A DNA stretch of 64,000 nt, taken from contig JALWLL010000064.1 in assembly GCA_026996295.1 (NCBI GenBank), positions 14,097 to 78,096 on the forward strand. The letters run 5' to 3'. Positions 19,354 to 29,975 of this stretch are shown piece by piece. Both the position numbers and the translations under genes were made by a program. This DNA is from Sulfurimonas sp. Lineage in GTDB: Bacteria; Campylobacterota; Campylobacteria; Campylobacterales; Sulfurimonadaceae. Within the stretch, counting starts at the first letter, position 1, and every line of letters starts with the position of its first letter. The notes under the pieces are model-generated. The model had not been told where the DNA came from. It was given only the letters and a program-made list of their open reading frames with translations, and did no database searches.

Positions 19354-21336
19354 CTAAAGTTGTTTTATTTTTGCAATCTCATCACGAAGACGAGCGGCTT
19401 CTTCAAAGTTAAGCTCTCGTGCTGCTTCTTTCATTTTTAATGACAGCTCTTTAACGATCGCTTTTTTTTCTGATGCCGGCATTTTATCCATTTTTTTATG
19501 CTTTTGGTAAATGTGACCATGATCTTCGACTTTTAGATTTTCATCGAGTTTGCGTTTTGTGCTCTTTGGAGTTATCCCGTGCTTTTTGTTGTAAGCTTCT
19601 TGTATGGCACGTCTTGAGTTTGTTGTGTCTATCGCTTTTTGCATAGATTTTGTTATTTTGTTCGCATATAAAATAACGCGACCATTCTCATTTCTGGCTC
19701 CACGACCAATGGTCTGAATAAGTGCGGTTTCACTTCTTAAGAAGCCCTCCTTATCTGCATCCAAAATGGCAACCAAACTGACTTCTGGAAGGTCAAGTCC
19801 TTCACGTAAAAGGTTGATCCCTATGAGTACATCAAATTCACCAAGACGTAACGATCGGATGATCTGGTTTCTCTCAATGGTATCGATATCTGAGTGCATA
19901 TACTGCACTTTTATACCAAGATCAGCAAGGTATTTACTCAAGGCTTCTGCCATCTTTTTGGTAAGAACCGTAATAAGCACTCTCTCATCTTTTTGGGTAA
20001 TTTTTTTGATCTCATCGTGAATATCTTCCACTTGGTTATCTGATGGTTTTATCTCAAGTACAGGGTCAAGAAGTCCCGTTGGACGTATGATCTGTTGTGC
20101 TTTTGTGCTAGAGAGATCAAGCTCATACTCTGCTGGAGTGGCTGAGACGAAAAGATAATGGGGTGCTTTGTGTATGTATTCATCAAGCATAAGAGGACGG
20201 TTGTCAAGTGCTGAGGGAAGTCGAAAACCATAATCAACCAACACCTCTTTTCTTGCTCTGTCCCCTGCGTACATACCACGGTACTGAGGCAGAGAAACGT
20301 GTGATTCATCGACAATCACAAGATACTCTTTGTGATGCAGTTCAAAATAATCGAGCAATGTATATGGTGCTTCTCCGGGCTTTTTGTTTGTCAAAAGTCT
20401 TGAGTAGTTCTCAACACCCTTGCACATACCTGTTGTTTGAAGCATTTCAAGGTCGAATTCAACACGTTGCTTGAGGCGTTGGTACTCTACGAGTTTGCCC
20501 TCTTTTTGGAAGTATGCAAGCCGTTCATCGAGCTCTTCTTCTATGCGTTTGATAGCAACTGCCATCTTTTCCTGACGTACACTAAACTGAGAAGTGGCAT
20601 AGATGGTAAAGTTTTTATGATCCTCAAGGCGTTTGTTGTCTATGATATCAAAAGTATAGATGGCCTCAATTTCATCCCCAAAAAACTCTATGCGAATAGC
20701 CTCTTGCTCGAAGTATGGTGGGTATATGTCAAGGCTTTCCCCGTTGACTCGGATATGCCCGGAGTCAAAATAGGTATCATTTCGGCTGTAGCCCATCTCT
20801 ACTAAGCGAAGCAGCAGTTTTTTTTGTGTTATCTCATCACCGATGGCAATAGACTGTACCATATTCTCATACTCTTCAGGATCACCAAGACCGTAGTTTG
20901 CAGACACAGAAGCTATGACGATTACATCATCATAAGAGAGGAGGTTTGCAGTTGAGGAGAGTCTCATGCGCTCAAGTTCATCGTTGATAGCGGAGTCTTT
21001 TTCTATAAAAAGATCTTGACGGGGAATGTACGCTTCGGGCTGATAATAATCATAATACGAAACAAAATACTCTACATGATTATGGGGAAAAAACTGGCGA
21101 AACTCTGAGTAAAGCTGAGCTGCTAGTGTTTTGTTGTGCGTCATGATGATAGTAGGCATCTTCACATTCTCTATAACCCGTGCCATAGTGTGTGTTTTAC
21201 CACTACCCGTCACACCTTCAAGGGTCTGATAACGATTCCCATCAAGTATACTTTTACTAAGTAATTCTATAGCCTTAGGCTGATCACCAGCCGGTTCATA
21301 TGGAGATACTACTTTAAATTCTGGTTTCTTTTTCAT
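19354..21336 (-). CDS. uvrB: Excinuclease ABC subunit B
   Basis: Walker A is GVTGSGKT, followed by a DESH box, helicase motifs and the C-terminal UVR domain ([14 protein letters not shown]). Confidence 0.97.
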   Translation of the reverse strand: MKKKPEFKVVSPYEPAGDQPKAIELLSKSILDGNRYQTLEGVTGSGKTHTMARVIENVKMPTIIMTHNKTLAAQLYSEFRQFFPHNHVEYFVSYYDYYQPEAYIPRQDLFIEKDSAINDELERMRLSSTANLLSYDDVIVIASVSANYGLGDPEEYENMVQSIAIGDEITQKKLLLRLVEMGYSRNDTYFDSGHIRVNGESLDIYPPYFEQEAIRIEFFGDEIEAIYTFDIIDNKRLEDHKNFTIYATSQFSVRQEKMAVAIKRIEEELDERLAYFQKEGKLVEYQRLKQRVEFDLEMLQTTGMCKGVENYSRLLTNKKPGEAPYTLLDYFELHHKEYLVIVDESHVSLPQYRGMYAGDRARKEVLVDYGFRLPSALDNRPLMLDEYIHKAPHYLFVSATPAEYELDLSSTKAQQIIRPTGLLDPVLEIKPSDNQVEDIHDEIKKITQKDERVLITVLTKKMAEALSKYLADLGIKVQYMHSDIDTIERNQIIRSLRLGEFDVLIGINLLREGLDLPEVSLVAILDADKEGFLRSETALIQTIGRGARNENGRVILYANKITKSMQKAIDTTNSRRAIQEAYNKKHGITPKSTKRKLDENLKVEDHGHIYQKHKKMDKMPASEKKAIVKELSLKMKEAARELNFEEAARLRDEIAKIKQL

Positions 21337-21453
21337 TGGTGGAATTATAGCGATTTAGTGTGAATGGAAGCGTTGAATATTATTTTTTGAGTAAAATATC
21401 TCTTAACGCTAATGTAACACTTTTTTTCTATGATTAGATGAGATATTTAAGAA

Positions 21454-23517
21454 ATGGAAAATAAAATGAAAAAAAGTTTACTAAGTCTTTCGATGATAGC
21501 TTTGCCGTTGTTGGCGGATAGTGTCGTAGAACTGGCACCTGTAAGTGTGACGGCAACCGGAGTTGATGAAAGTAGCATAGAGCAACCACTAAGCGTTGCA
21601 ACAAAGGATGAAAAAGAGATTGAGCTAGATCAGGTAATTTTTCAAAAAGATCTGCTTAACTCGTTAAGTGGGGTGCGAATTGAACAAACAGGTTCAGTTA
21701 TAGGTCATATGACATCTATTCGTATGCCAATAGGTACCGGTCCTTACTATCTCTTTATGCAAGATGGCATTCCTGTACAGTCAAGCGGATTTTTTAACCA
21801 CAACGGCTTAGCCTATACAACATTTCAATCTTCCTCTTCAGTAGAAGTACTCAAAGGTGCAGGAACAGCATTGTATGGTTCTGATGCTGTTGCCGCAGTT
21901 GTAAATGTTCAGTCTGCAAAAGCACCCTCAAAAGAAAAAGAGATATCTCTAAAAGGTATGGCGGGAAGTTACGGTTATAGAACGGCTGGTGTTGAGATGA
22001 GTGACACTATAGATGAAAACAATGCTTACCGTGCAAATGCTACCTATATGCATAGTGATGGATGGCGAGACCATACAAAAACAGATAGAGCCGAAGTAAA
22101 TATTCGCTATGATCATACGATAAATGATGATAATGATGTCAAAATTCTTTTTAACTTCTCAAAAACAGAAGCAGAACAAGCAGATAGTTTTAATGACTAT
22201 ACAAATATTGAAAATGGTTCCACTGCTGCTAGTGATGATGAGAACTACTTTACTGCGCTTGAGAAGACAGATGTTAAAAGAAAGTTTGACTATGCTAAGA
22301 TCAGTACGGAGTTTAATAACTATACTTTCAACGATTTAGAGATAACTATGATTCCATACATTCGTTACAACAGAAACAGGTATGTAGCAACATGGGAAGC
22401 AAATCTTCCTAGTAATGATAATGAACTCTACACACTCGGATTTTTACAAAGAAATACGTATGAGCAAAATTGGGGAAAAGTTGTTTTTGGTTTTGATACT
22501 GAGTATACAAAATCTTCACTCAAGTACAATCAAGATTTTGATGTAACTACAACAGGATGGAGTGCAAAAACTTATACAGCAGGTGCTTTGTATGATTACG
22601 ATGTAAACTATTTTGCAATTGCTCCTTATGTTCATGTAGATTATATGGTTACAAATAAGATGAAGTTAAGTCCGGGTCTTAGATATGACTATAATAGCTA
22701 TGATTATAAAAATAATCTAGCACCAAACTCAACAGACAGTTCAAACACCTATTATCGTCCAGAGGATAGAACAGACTCATATAACCATCTTAGCCCGAAG
22801 CTGGCACTTTCATATATGCCAACGAAAGATTTAAATATATATGCACGTTATGCAAATGGTTTTAGAATTCCGCAAGCTACAAGACTTTACTCAGTAAAAG
22901 TAGGTTATGAAAATATTGATTTGACAGCTGAAAAGTCAAATACTTATGAAATTGGTTTGAAAAAGAACTTTTCAAAAAAATCTTTTCTTGAATTGGCTGC
23001 ATATTATATGACCATAAACGATACGATTGTAAGGGATTCAACTACCGGCGGATATAGAAATGGCGGTGCAAGTATTCATAAAGGTTTAGAAGCATCACTA
23101 AAATCTGAAATCACCAAAGAATGGGAAAGCAGTTTAAGTTATTCATACTCCAAACATACCTATGATAATGATCCAACTTTAGGTAATAACGAAATTGCGG
23201 GTGCTCCAAACCATCTGGCAAATGCACGACTTTTTTATATGCCAGAGTATTTAAAAGGTTTAAAAGTGATGGCAGAGTGGCAATATGTTGGTTCGTACTG
23301 GATGGATGATGATCATACGGTAGATAGATATGAAGGTTACAGTATAGGTAACCTCAAAGCAGATTATAACTATTCTAAAAAATTGCGAATATTTGCAAAA
23401 GTGACGAATATTACTGATAAAAGATACGCTGTTAGTGCGCGCTATGCTTATGGTAAGGAAGACTATACTCCAGCTGATCCAAGAAGTTTTTATGCTGGAG
23501 TGGAGTATAAATGGTAA
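21454..23517 (+). CDS. TonB-dependent outer-membrane receptor
   Basis: It has a signal peptide, a plug domain (VEVLKGAGTALYGSDAVAAVVNV) and a barrel ending ..YAGVEYKW. The second ATG at 21466 (MKKSLLSL) is an equally good start. Confidence 0.88.
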   Translation: MENKMKKSLLSLSMIALPLLADSVVELAPVSVTATGVDESSIEQPLSVATKDEKEIELDQVIFQKDLLNSLSGVRIEQTGSVIGHMTSIRMPIGTGPYYLFMQDGIPVQSSGFFNHNGLAYTTFQSSSSVEVLKGAGTALYGSDAVAAVVNVQSAKAPSKEKEISLKGMAGSYGYRTAGVEMSDTIDENNAYRANATYMHSDGWRDHTKTDRAEVNIRYDHTINDDNDVKILFNFSKTEAEQADSFNDYTNIENGSTAASDDENYFTALEKTDVKRKFDYAKISTEFNNYTFNDLEITMIPYIRYNRNRYVATWEANLPSNDNELYTLGFLQRNTYEQNWGKVVFGFDTEYTKSSLKYNQDFDVTTTGWSAKTYTAGALYDYDVNYFAIAPYVHVDYMVTNKMKLSPGLRYDYNSYDYKNNLAPNSTDSSNTYYRPEDRTDSYNHLSPKLALSYMPTKDLNIYARYANGFRIPQATRLYSVKVGYENIDLTAEKSNTYEIGLKKNFSKKSFLELAAYYMTINDTIVRDSTTGGYRNGGASIHKGLEASLKSEITKEWESSLSYSYSKHTYDNDPTLGNNEIAGAPNHLANARLFYMPEYLKGLKVMAEWQYVGSYWMDDDHTVDRYEGYSIGNLKADYNYSKKLRIFAKVTNITDKRYAVSARYAYGKEDYTPADPRSFYAGVEYKW

Positions 23518-24836
23518 AAGTGCATAAACTCCATAAAATCTCAGGAATAAGTGCCGGAATAATTCTTCTTTTACTTTCTATCAGCGGCTTTTTCCTTGAT
23601 CATGATAAATGGAGTTTTCTCTACACTACTACTTTTAGTGGTGTAGCACCTCAGCTACTCAAATCTGAACAAAGACTTTTTACGAGTTATTATCAGGATG
23701 AAAATAATGCCAATCATATCATTGTAGGTTCCCATCGTGGTTTATTTGAAAGTTTCAACAAGGGAGAAAAATTTTCAAATGTATCAAAACTTCAAATTTT
23801 AGCAATAGTGCCTTATGAAAACGAGCTTTATCTTGCAACTTCCAATGGAGTTTATAGCTACAAAAATTCACTCCTTCAACAAATAGCCTTAAATGGCGAA
23901 TATATTACATCGTTAAGTGTGTCAAAGTACAAAATTGTTGCGGTTATAGAGAAAGAGATACTTGTAATAATAGATAAGCAAACACGCAATATTTTAAAAA
24001 CAACGATAGTTGAGATAACAAAAGAGTTGTTGCAAGAGGATATCAAACTTTCTCGTTTTGTAAGAGACTTGCACTATGGGCGAGGTTTATTTGATGGAGA
24101 TATATCGCTTCTGATTAATGACTATGGTGCTATTGTACTAACTTTTTTAGCCTTAAGTGGTTATATCATTTGGTTTTTAATAAAACAAAAAAAACATCCA
24201 AGATTTGTTAGAAAACTTATTAAAATGCATGCAAATATTTTTGCAATTGTTGCTATTTTTCCACTTGTTATTCTCGCTATAACCGGTATATTTCTAGATC
24301 ATTCATCAGCTTTGGCAAAGTTTATGAGATCAGTCACTATTGATCATGCAATCCTTCCACCTGTGTATGGTACACTTAAAAGTGATGTATGGTCAGTTGA
24401 TTATGACGGAAAGAACTATCGTATAGGCAATCGTTATGGAGTTTATAAAAGTGAAGATTTAGACACTTGGAGTTTGGATAACAAAGGCTTTGCATATAAG
24501 ATGATAAGAAAGGGTGATATTCTCTACATTAGCGGAATGGGAGCACCAAACAGAGTCTTAAAAGATGAAACATACACGCTACTGTCAAATACACCACATA
24601 TGTTTCGAGATATTGTCAAAAAAGACACAACAATACAGTACTTTTCCACGAGGCAAACGCAACTGAAAACTCCCGTATTGAAAGATATTACTCTGTATAC
24701 ATTACTCTTGGGAGTACATGATGGAACTTTTTTTAGCTCATGGTGGGTATGGATTAATGATTTTGCAGCAGCTATGCTTATTTTACTATGTGTTACAGGA
24801 ACTATACGATGGATGAGAAAAAAAAGATTGTACTAG
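23511..24836 (+). CDS. PepSY-associated TM-helix protein with periplasmic repeat insertions
   Basis: It overlaps the receptor stop by 7 nt. It shows the HKISGISAGIILLLLSISGFFLDH and VRDLHYGRG signatures of PepSY_TM proteins. The loops contain Asp-box-like strings (YKSEDLDTWS). Confidence 0.7.
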   Translation: MVKVHKLHKISGISAGIILLLLSISGFFLDHDKWSFLYTTTFSGVAPQLLKSEQRLFTSYYQDENNANHIIVGSHRGLFESFNKGEKFSNVSKLQILAIVPYENELYLATSNGVYSYKNSLLQQIALNGEYITSLSVSKYKIVAVIEKEILVIIDKQTRNILKTTIVEITKELLQEDIKLSRFVRDLHYGRGLFDGDISLLINDYGAIVLTFLALSGYIIWFLIKQKKHPRFVRKLIKMHANIFAIVAIFPLVILAITGIFLDHSSALAKFMRSVTIDHAILPPVYGTLKSDVWSVDYDGKNYRIGNRYGVYKSEDLDTWSLDNKGFAYKMIRKGDILYISGMGAPNRVLKDETYTLLSNTPHMFRDIVKKDTTIQYFSTRQTQLKTPVLKDITLYTLLLGVHDGTFFSSWWVWINDFAAAMLILLCVTGTIRWMRKKRLY

Positions 24837-24939
24837 TACATACTTACCAGCCCAGAAAGTTGTCTTGATTTTCAGAGTATTATATAGATATAAATTATAT
24901 ATAGTATACTCATTATAATTTTAATACAATAGGAATATT

Positions 24940-25713
24940 ATGAGTCAACAAAACAAAAAGAATATTGCAATGTTTATAGATTGTGATAATGTAAGTGCAA
25001 AGTATGTAAAAAGCATACTTGAAGATTTATCACAATACGGAACTGTAAATATCAGACGAGCTTATGGAGATTGGAAAGATACAAAGCTTATAGGGTGGGA
25101 AAAAAATTTACATACATACAACATCAAGCCTATTCAGCAGTTTGCATACACAAGCGGTAAAAATGCCACAGATATAGCTATGATAATTGACATAATGGAT
25201 ACTCTTTTTACGAAAGAACTTGAAGCTATAGTTTTGATCACCAGTGACAGCGACTTTACACCTATTGTTTCTAGAATATTATCAGATGGGATAACTGTCT
25301 ATGGATATGGAGAATCAAAAACACCAATGCCTTTTGTAAATGCTTGTTCTCAATTTATTTATGTCGAGAAACTGAGTGCTTTTGAGGAGGAAAGTAGCAA
25401 AAATTCAACTAACGATTCTACCGATGACAGTCCTATCCGTAATTATGTCGGAAATAATTATAATATACGTAAAGATTTTAAACTTATAAATTTTCTTAAA
25501 CGGATTGTCGAGCAAACATCAGATGAACAGGGATGGGCAGATGTCAAAGATGTCTCTAAGCATATTCGTCAAAATTATTCTTTTTCTCATGTTAACTACG
25601 GATTTAAGAAGATGGGTGAATTGATGAAAGCAGTAGGAGTCTTTGAAATAGAATATGTGGGTGATAGAAATACTCAACTAATGATTAGAATTTTAAGCAA
25701 TAAGCATAAATAG
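24940..25713 (+). CDS. NYN-domain (LabA-like, PIN-related predicted RNase) protein with a C-terminal OST-HTH/LOTUS domain
   Basis: An AGGAA RBS precedes the start. NYN acidic motifs are IAMFIDCDN, ATDIAMIIDIMD and VLITSDSDFTPIV. The C-terminal region (about 80 aa) matches the OST-HTH pattern (GWADVKDVSKHIRQ..GFKKMGELMKA). Confidence 0.8.
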   Translation: MSQQNKKNIAMFIDCDNVSAKYVKSILEDLSQYGTVNIRRAYGDWKDTKLIGWEKNLHTYNIKPIQQFAYTSGKNATDIAMIIDIMDTLFTKELEAIVLITSDSDFTPIVSRILSDGITVYGYGESKTPMPFVNACSQFIYVEKLSAFEEESSKNSTNDSTDDSPIRNYVGNNYNIRKDFKLINFLKRIVEQTSDEQGWADVKDVSKHIRQNYSFSHVNYGFKKMGELMKAVGVFEIEYVGDRNTQLMIRILSNKHK

Positions 25714-25762
25714 GTATATTGTACGTCTAAATATTTGATAAAAAAGTTTGATATCTAGCGCT

Positions 25763-26419
25763 TTAGCGTCTGTTGATCATGTAGCCTATCGATCGTACAT
25801 TGACAATAAAATCTTCTTTTAGAGTGTTTTTTAAGCGGTTGACTTCTGCTCGGATGGTAGCGTTGTCAATTTCATAGCTATTCCAGACATGCTCTCGAAA
25901 GAGATCATAGTTCACTACATTCCCGCAGTTTACAGTAAGTAAGTAGATAATTTCCAGATGTTTTTTCGGTATTATTTGGATCTCATTATAAAAAAGCAAC
26001 TTGGAAGTATTTGTATCAAAGCTGTAGCCTTCACTTAATCGAGTGTGTTGTTGAGGTGTTTTATGGCTTTTAAGCATTTTATCTATTCTGAGACTCAACT
26101 CTTTGAGGTGAAATGGTTTTTTCAAGTAGTCATAACAGCCAAGTTCAAATGCTCTTGAGATATCTTCTATATCGATAAGGGCACTGATAAATATTGCCGG
26201 TGGCTGTACCTTTGTAGAGTAGAGCTCTTCTAAGAGTGTAAAACCGTCAAGATTTGGAACATTGATATCAAGTATGAGAAGGTCATAACTTTGCAGATAA
26301 AGCCTCTTGAGTGCCGAGGTTCCATCTCTAAAACTTTCAACTTGATGTCCCGTTGTTTTTAGGTATGTTGAGATCGCGTCGTTGAGCATTGCGTCATCTT
26401 CTAAAAGCAGTATTTTCAT
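25763..26419 (-). CDS. OmpR/PhoB-family response regulator (receiver plus winged-helix)
   Basis: Receiver motifs are MKILLLEDD, LLILDINVP and LKKPF. The C-terminal trans_reg_C-like region ends in VRSIGYMI. The start forms an ATGA overlap with the upstream kinase stop. Confidence 0.9.
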   Translation of the reverse strand: MKILLLEDDAMLNDAISTYLKTTGHQVESFRDGTSALKRLYLQSYDLLILDINVPNLDGFTLLEELYSTKVQPPAIFISALIDIEDISRAFELGCYDYLKKPFHLKELSLRIDKMLKSHKTPQQHTRLSEGYSFDTNTSKLLFYNEIQIIPKKHLEIIYLLTVNCGNVVNYDLFREHVWNSYEIDNATIRAEVNRLKNTLKEDFIVNVRSIGYMINRR

Positions 26420-28320
26420 TTTTCACCTTTGAACAAATAACTAAAGGATGTAGTTTTTTCATTTGAGCTTACTTCTATAGTAACATTATGTTCTTCACAA
26501 ATCTGCTTAACAAGACTAAGCCCCAAGCCAAACCCTTCAGCGTTTGATTTTTCTCTGTAGTAAGCCTCGAAAATCTTTTCAGGGTTTTGGATGTGGATCG
26601 ATGCACTTAGTATTTGGAGCAAATAACCCTCTGTTTGTTTCTCTATGCTTACACGAATAGTTGCATTTTCTTTTGTGTATTTTATCGCATTTGTCAGGTT
26701 GTTATCAATAATTCTTTGTAATTTTGTTTCATTGAACTCTAAAGTTGCACTTGGAGTTTTGGGTAAAAACTCAAAATGCAGGTTTGCCTGTGTGGCAAGC
26801 TGCTCAAAAAATGCGATTCTACTGCGTACGAAGTCAACAAGATCTATGGTGTGTTTTGGATATTCAAGCTGATTTTTTTTCACAAGGTAGCTTAAATCAT
26901 CATAGATGTTGAACACATTCTTCATAGCTGCTTCTATGTTGGCGAGGTGATGGTTCTTACCATGTTTAAGCTCATAAAGTTCGATATTATTCATGATCAC
27001 AGATAGAGGGGTGATGGTCTCATGAACAGTATGACGCATAAAAAGCTTTTGTTGTGCTAAAAGCTTTTGAGAGAACTGTTTTTGTTCATCGAGTCGTTTT
27101 GCCTGTTCTTCAAGGTCTTGTGAAGACTGTTGTATGAGGTGAGTTAGTGCCTTTACCGTTGTGGCATATTCACTGAACTCCTGGGAGAGTTGTATGGTTG
27201 TGTTATAGTGAAAGATGTTGTGCTTTTTAGACTCTGAGAGCGCTATGGCTGTGAGTGTCTGGTTGAGAAGTTCGTTTTTGTTTTTATGGTGAAAGAACTC
27301 GGCATAGGTAAAAAAACCGGCAGTGGGAGCTATACTGGCAAAAGGTTCCACTTCTACGTTGATCAGTTCTGGAATATAACGTCTTCTTGCCATACATGAG
27401 TAAAGAAAAAAGCTCTCTACGGAACTTTCATGGAACTTTTTTAAAGAATCGCTAGACTGGTCGATGATCATTTCAGCATTTCCAAAACCAAGTCTTACAG
27501 AGTCCCCTACATTTAAATTACCGGCAAAGCATAAGGAACCGTCAGGGTGTTTGGCAAGTACGGCTCGTGCAACTTTCATGCCGTTTTTTTCTATGATAAG
27601 GGGGAACTCTATCCCTGTTGCCGGGAGTGCATTGGCTACATCTTCGCCAAGATATTTGGCATAAAAGTCTATAGGTGTTGTGCCACCTATGGAGTAAACT
27701 CTGTTTGCTTCGACCTTGTCTATTTTATGTTCGAGGCCTATTGGTGACCAGTTGAAACTGTAGTTGTTCTGTACTGTAAGTTCATCGGAATTTAAAGAGA
27801 TGCCGACAGCCCCTTTTTGCAAGATGTTGTTGCCTTGTGCGATAAATGTCTGTACAAAATTTCCGTTATCCCCAGCCATGCCGCCTGCAACCATCACTTT
27901 GTTATTTACGGATTCTATCCCTTTTAAAAACTCTTCTCCGTTTGTTGAGGTTCCATCTGAGAAGGTGATGATGAGTTTGGTGTTGTCTTCGAGTAGGTTG
28001 TTTGCAAGCAATACCCCGTCTTGAAAACTGTTGCCTGTGTTAACAAAGGTGCTTTTGATTGATGTTTTTTCAAAAACAGAGATTGAGACAACCGTTTTTT
28101 TCGTAGAAACGTAGCGCTCCTGTATCTCCCCATCAGTAGTTGTTCCTATACATACGGCATTTGGCAGAAGTAAGTGAAGTTCGTGCATAATCTTTTTTAG
28201 TGTTTCTCCATCTACACCGCAAAACACCTGAATAAGTACATCTGTTTTAGAACTAAGATATAAGATATCTATGGTGTTTGTAATGGAGTCTTCAGTGAGT
28301 ATATAGTTGTATGTTTTCAT
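26416..28320 (-). CDS. FIST-domain sensor histidine kinase
   Basis: The N-terminal region (about 390 aa) resembles FIST_N/FIST_C (VLIQVFCG.., CIGTTTDGEI, MVAGGMAGDN, YSCMARR, AGFFTYAEF). The H-box is VHETITPLSVI. The HATPase motifs are NAIKYT and GFGLGLSLVKQI. The start is uncertain: ATG 28320 is preferred, with alternatives ATG 28362 and TTG 28377. Confidence 0.82.
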   Translation of the reverse strand: MKTYNYILTEDSITNTIDILYLSSKTDVLIQVFCGVDGETLKKIMHELHLLLPNAVCIGTTTDGEIQERYVSTKKTVVSISVFEKTSIKSTFVNTGNSFQDGVLLANNLLEDNTKLIITFSDGTSTNGEEFLKGIESVNNKVMVAGGMAGDNGNFVQTFIAQGNNILQKGAVGISLNSDELTVQNNYSFNWSPIGLEHKIDKVEANRVYSIGGTTPIDFYAKYLGEDVANALPATGIEFPLIIEKNGMKVARAVLAKHPDGSLCFAGNLNVGDSVRLGFGNAEMIIDQSSDSLKKFHESSVESFFLYSCMARRRYIPELINVEVEPFASIAPTAGFFTYAEFFHHKNKNELLNQTLTAIALSESKKHNIFHYNTTIQLSQEFSEYATTVKALTHLIQQSSQDLEEQAKRLDEQKQFSQKLLAQQKLFMRHTVHETITPLSVIMNNIELYELKHGKNHHLANIEAAMKNVFNIYDDLSYLVKKNQLEYPKHTIDLVDFVRSRIAFFEQLATQANLHFEFLPKTPSATLEFNETKLQRIIDNNLTNAIKYTKENATIRVSIEKQTEGYLLQILSASIHIQNPEKIFEAYYREKSNAEGFGLGLSLVKQICEEHNVTIEVSSNEKTTSFSYLFKGEK

Positions 28321-28387
28321 TTTAAAGTACTTTTTAATATACAATGTTGATTTTTGATACATTTCGTAACAAATCAAAGAAAATTAT

Positions 28388-28442
28388 AACATTACTTTAC
28401 CTAATAATGAAATGCTACTTTAATGCTACTTTTTAACATTAC
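28388..28442. promoter_or_regulatory. Phased direct repeats in the divergent FIST-kinase / aldehyde dehydrogenase promoter region (candidate response-regulator binding sites)
   Basis: A perfect tandem repeat AATGCTACTTT-AATGCTACTTT lies at 28411-28432. A related AACATTACTTT lies at 28388-28398, with its TACTTT core 23 bp upstream of the first tandem core. AACATTAC occurs again at 28435-28442. Confidence 0.45.
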
Positions 28443-28477
28443 AATGATGTAGAACAATTTTAAAAAAGGATGCAACA

Positions 28478-29974
28478 ATGTCATATACGAAACCAGAGTT
28501 TAAAGAGAAGTACGAAAACTTTATCGGTGGAGAGTGGATCGAACCTGTGGATGGAAGATATTTTGAAGCTTTTTCTCCTATAGATAATCAATTGATGTGT
28601 AAAGTGGCACAGTCCAACAAAAAAGATGTGCAGCTAGCAGTTGATGCTGCATGGAAAGGGTTTGAGACCTGGGGAAAAACTTCTGTTGCACAGAGAAGTG
28701 CTATTTTAAATAAGATTGCAGATAAAATGGAAGAAAACCTTGAGATGCTTGCAGTTGCCGAGTCATGGGATAATGGAAAAGCTGTTCGTGAAACACTTGC
28801 AGCAGATCTTCCTTTGGCAATAGATCATTTTAGATATTTCGCGAGTGTTATCCGTTCTGAGTCGGGCACCGTGAGTGATCTTGATGCAAACACTGTTTCT
28901 CAAGAGATCCACGAACCGCTGGGAGTTGTAGGACAGATCATCCCTTGGAACTTTCCTCTTCTGATGGCAGCTTGGAAGTTGGCACCTGCTATGGCGGCAG
29001 GAAACTGTGTTGTTTTAAAACCGGCAGAGCAAACACCTGTTTCTATCATGCTTATGATGGAAGTGATCAAAGATATAGTACCGGCAGGTGTTATTAACAT
29101 CATTAACGGTTTTGGTCCAGAAGCAGGAAAACCACTTGCACTTCATCCTGATATCAAAAAGATCGGCTTTACAGGAGAAACAACAACCGGAAAGCTAATT
29201 ATGCAGTATGCTTCTGAGAATATCATCCCTGTTACACTTGAACTTGGCGGTAAATCACCAAATATCTTTATGGAAAGTATTATGGACAAAGATGATGCTT
29301 TTTTTGACAAAGCTATTGAGGGATTGGTTTTATTTGCGTTTAATCAGGGTGAGGTGTGTACATGCCCTTCACGTGCTCTTATACAAGAGAGTATCTACAA
29401 ACCTTTTATGAAAAGGGTTTTAGAGCGTGTAGAAGCGATCAAGATGGGTGATCCACTTGATCCTACGACTATGATGGGAGCGCAGGCATCACCTGATCAG
29501 TATGAAAAAATACTCAATTATATAGAGATAGGAAAAGCAGAGGGTGCTGAACTTCTCATAGGTGGTGAGAAGTACGATAACGAGTTTTATCCTGATGGTT
29601 GCTTTATAAAACCAACTATATTCAAAGGGAATAACAAAATGAGAATCTTCCAAGAGGAGATTTTTGGACCTGTTTTGAGTGTAACGACATTTAAGGATGA
29701 AGATGAAGCACTGGCGATAGCAAATGACACCATATATGGACTTGGTGCAGGCATATGGACGAGAGATGTACATCAAATGCAAAAATTTACACGTGGTATT
29801 CAGGCTGGACGTGTTTGGGCGAACTGTTATCATCTTTATCCGTCACATGCCTCATTTGGTGGGTATAAAAAATCTGGTATCGGAAGAGAGACACATATGA
29901 TGATGCTCAATAATTATCGTCATACGAAAAATGTACTTACATCTTATGATCAAAATGCATTAGGTTTCTTTTAA
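28478..29974 (+). CDS. NAD(P)+-dependent aldehyde dehydrogenase
   Basis: An AAGGA RBS precedes the start. ALDH signatures are PWNFPLLM, the catalytic Glu in LELGGKSP and the catalytic Cys in [12 protein letters not shown], plus EEIFGPV. Confidence 0.95.
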   Translation: MSYTKPEFKEKYENFIGGEWIEPVDGRYFEAFSPIDNQLMCKVAQSNKKDVQLAVDAAWKGFETWGKTSVAQRSAILNKIADKMEENLEMLAVAESWDNGKAVRETLAADLPLAIDHFRYFASVIRSESGTVSDLDANTVSQEIHEPLGVVGQIIPWNFPLLMAAWKLAPAMAAGNCVVLKPAEQTPVSIMLMMEVIKDIVPAGVINIINGFGPEAGKPLALHPDIKKIGFTGETTTGKLIMQYASENIIPVTLELGGKSPNIFMESIMDKDDAFFDKAIEGLVLFAFNQGEVCTCPSRALIQESIYKPFMKRVLERVEAIKMGDPLDPTTMMGAQASPDQYEKILNYIEIGKAEGAELLIGGEKYDNEFYPDGCFIKPTIFKGNNKMRIFQEEIFGPVLSVTTFKDEDEALAIANDTIYGLGAGIWTRDVHQMQKFTRGIQAGRVWANCYHLYPSHASFGGYKKSGIGRETHMMMLNNYRHTKNVLTSYDQNALGFF

Positions 29975-29975
29975 G

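Noticed and set aside
21337-21453. Possible Fur box or cobalamin riboswitch upstream of the TonB-dependent receptor.
   Set aside because: Only loose AT-rich similarity is present (TGAATATTATTTT, TGATTAGATGAGA), with no clear 19-bp inverted repeat. The 117-bp gap is too short for a B12 riboswitch and lacks the B12-box.
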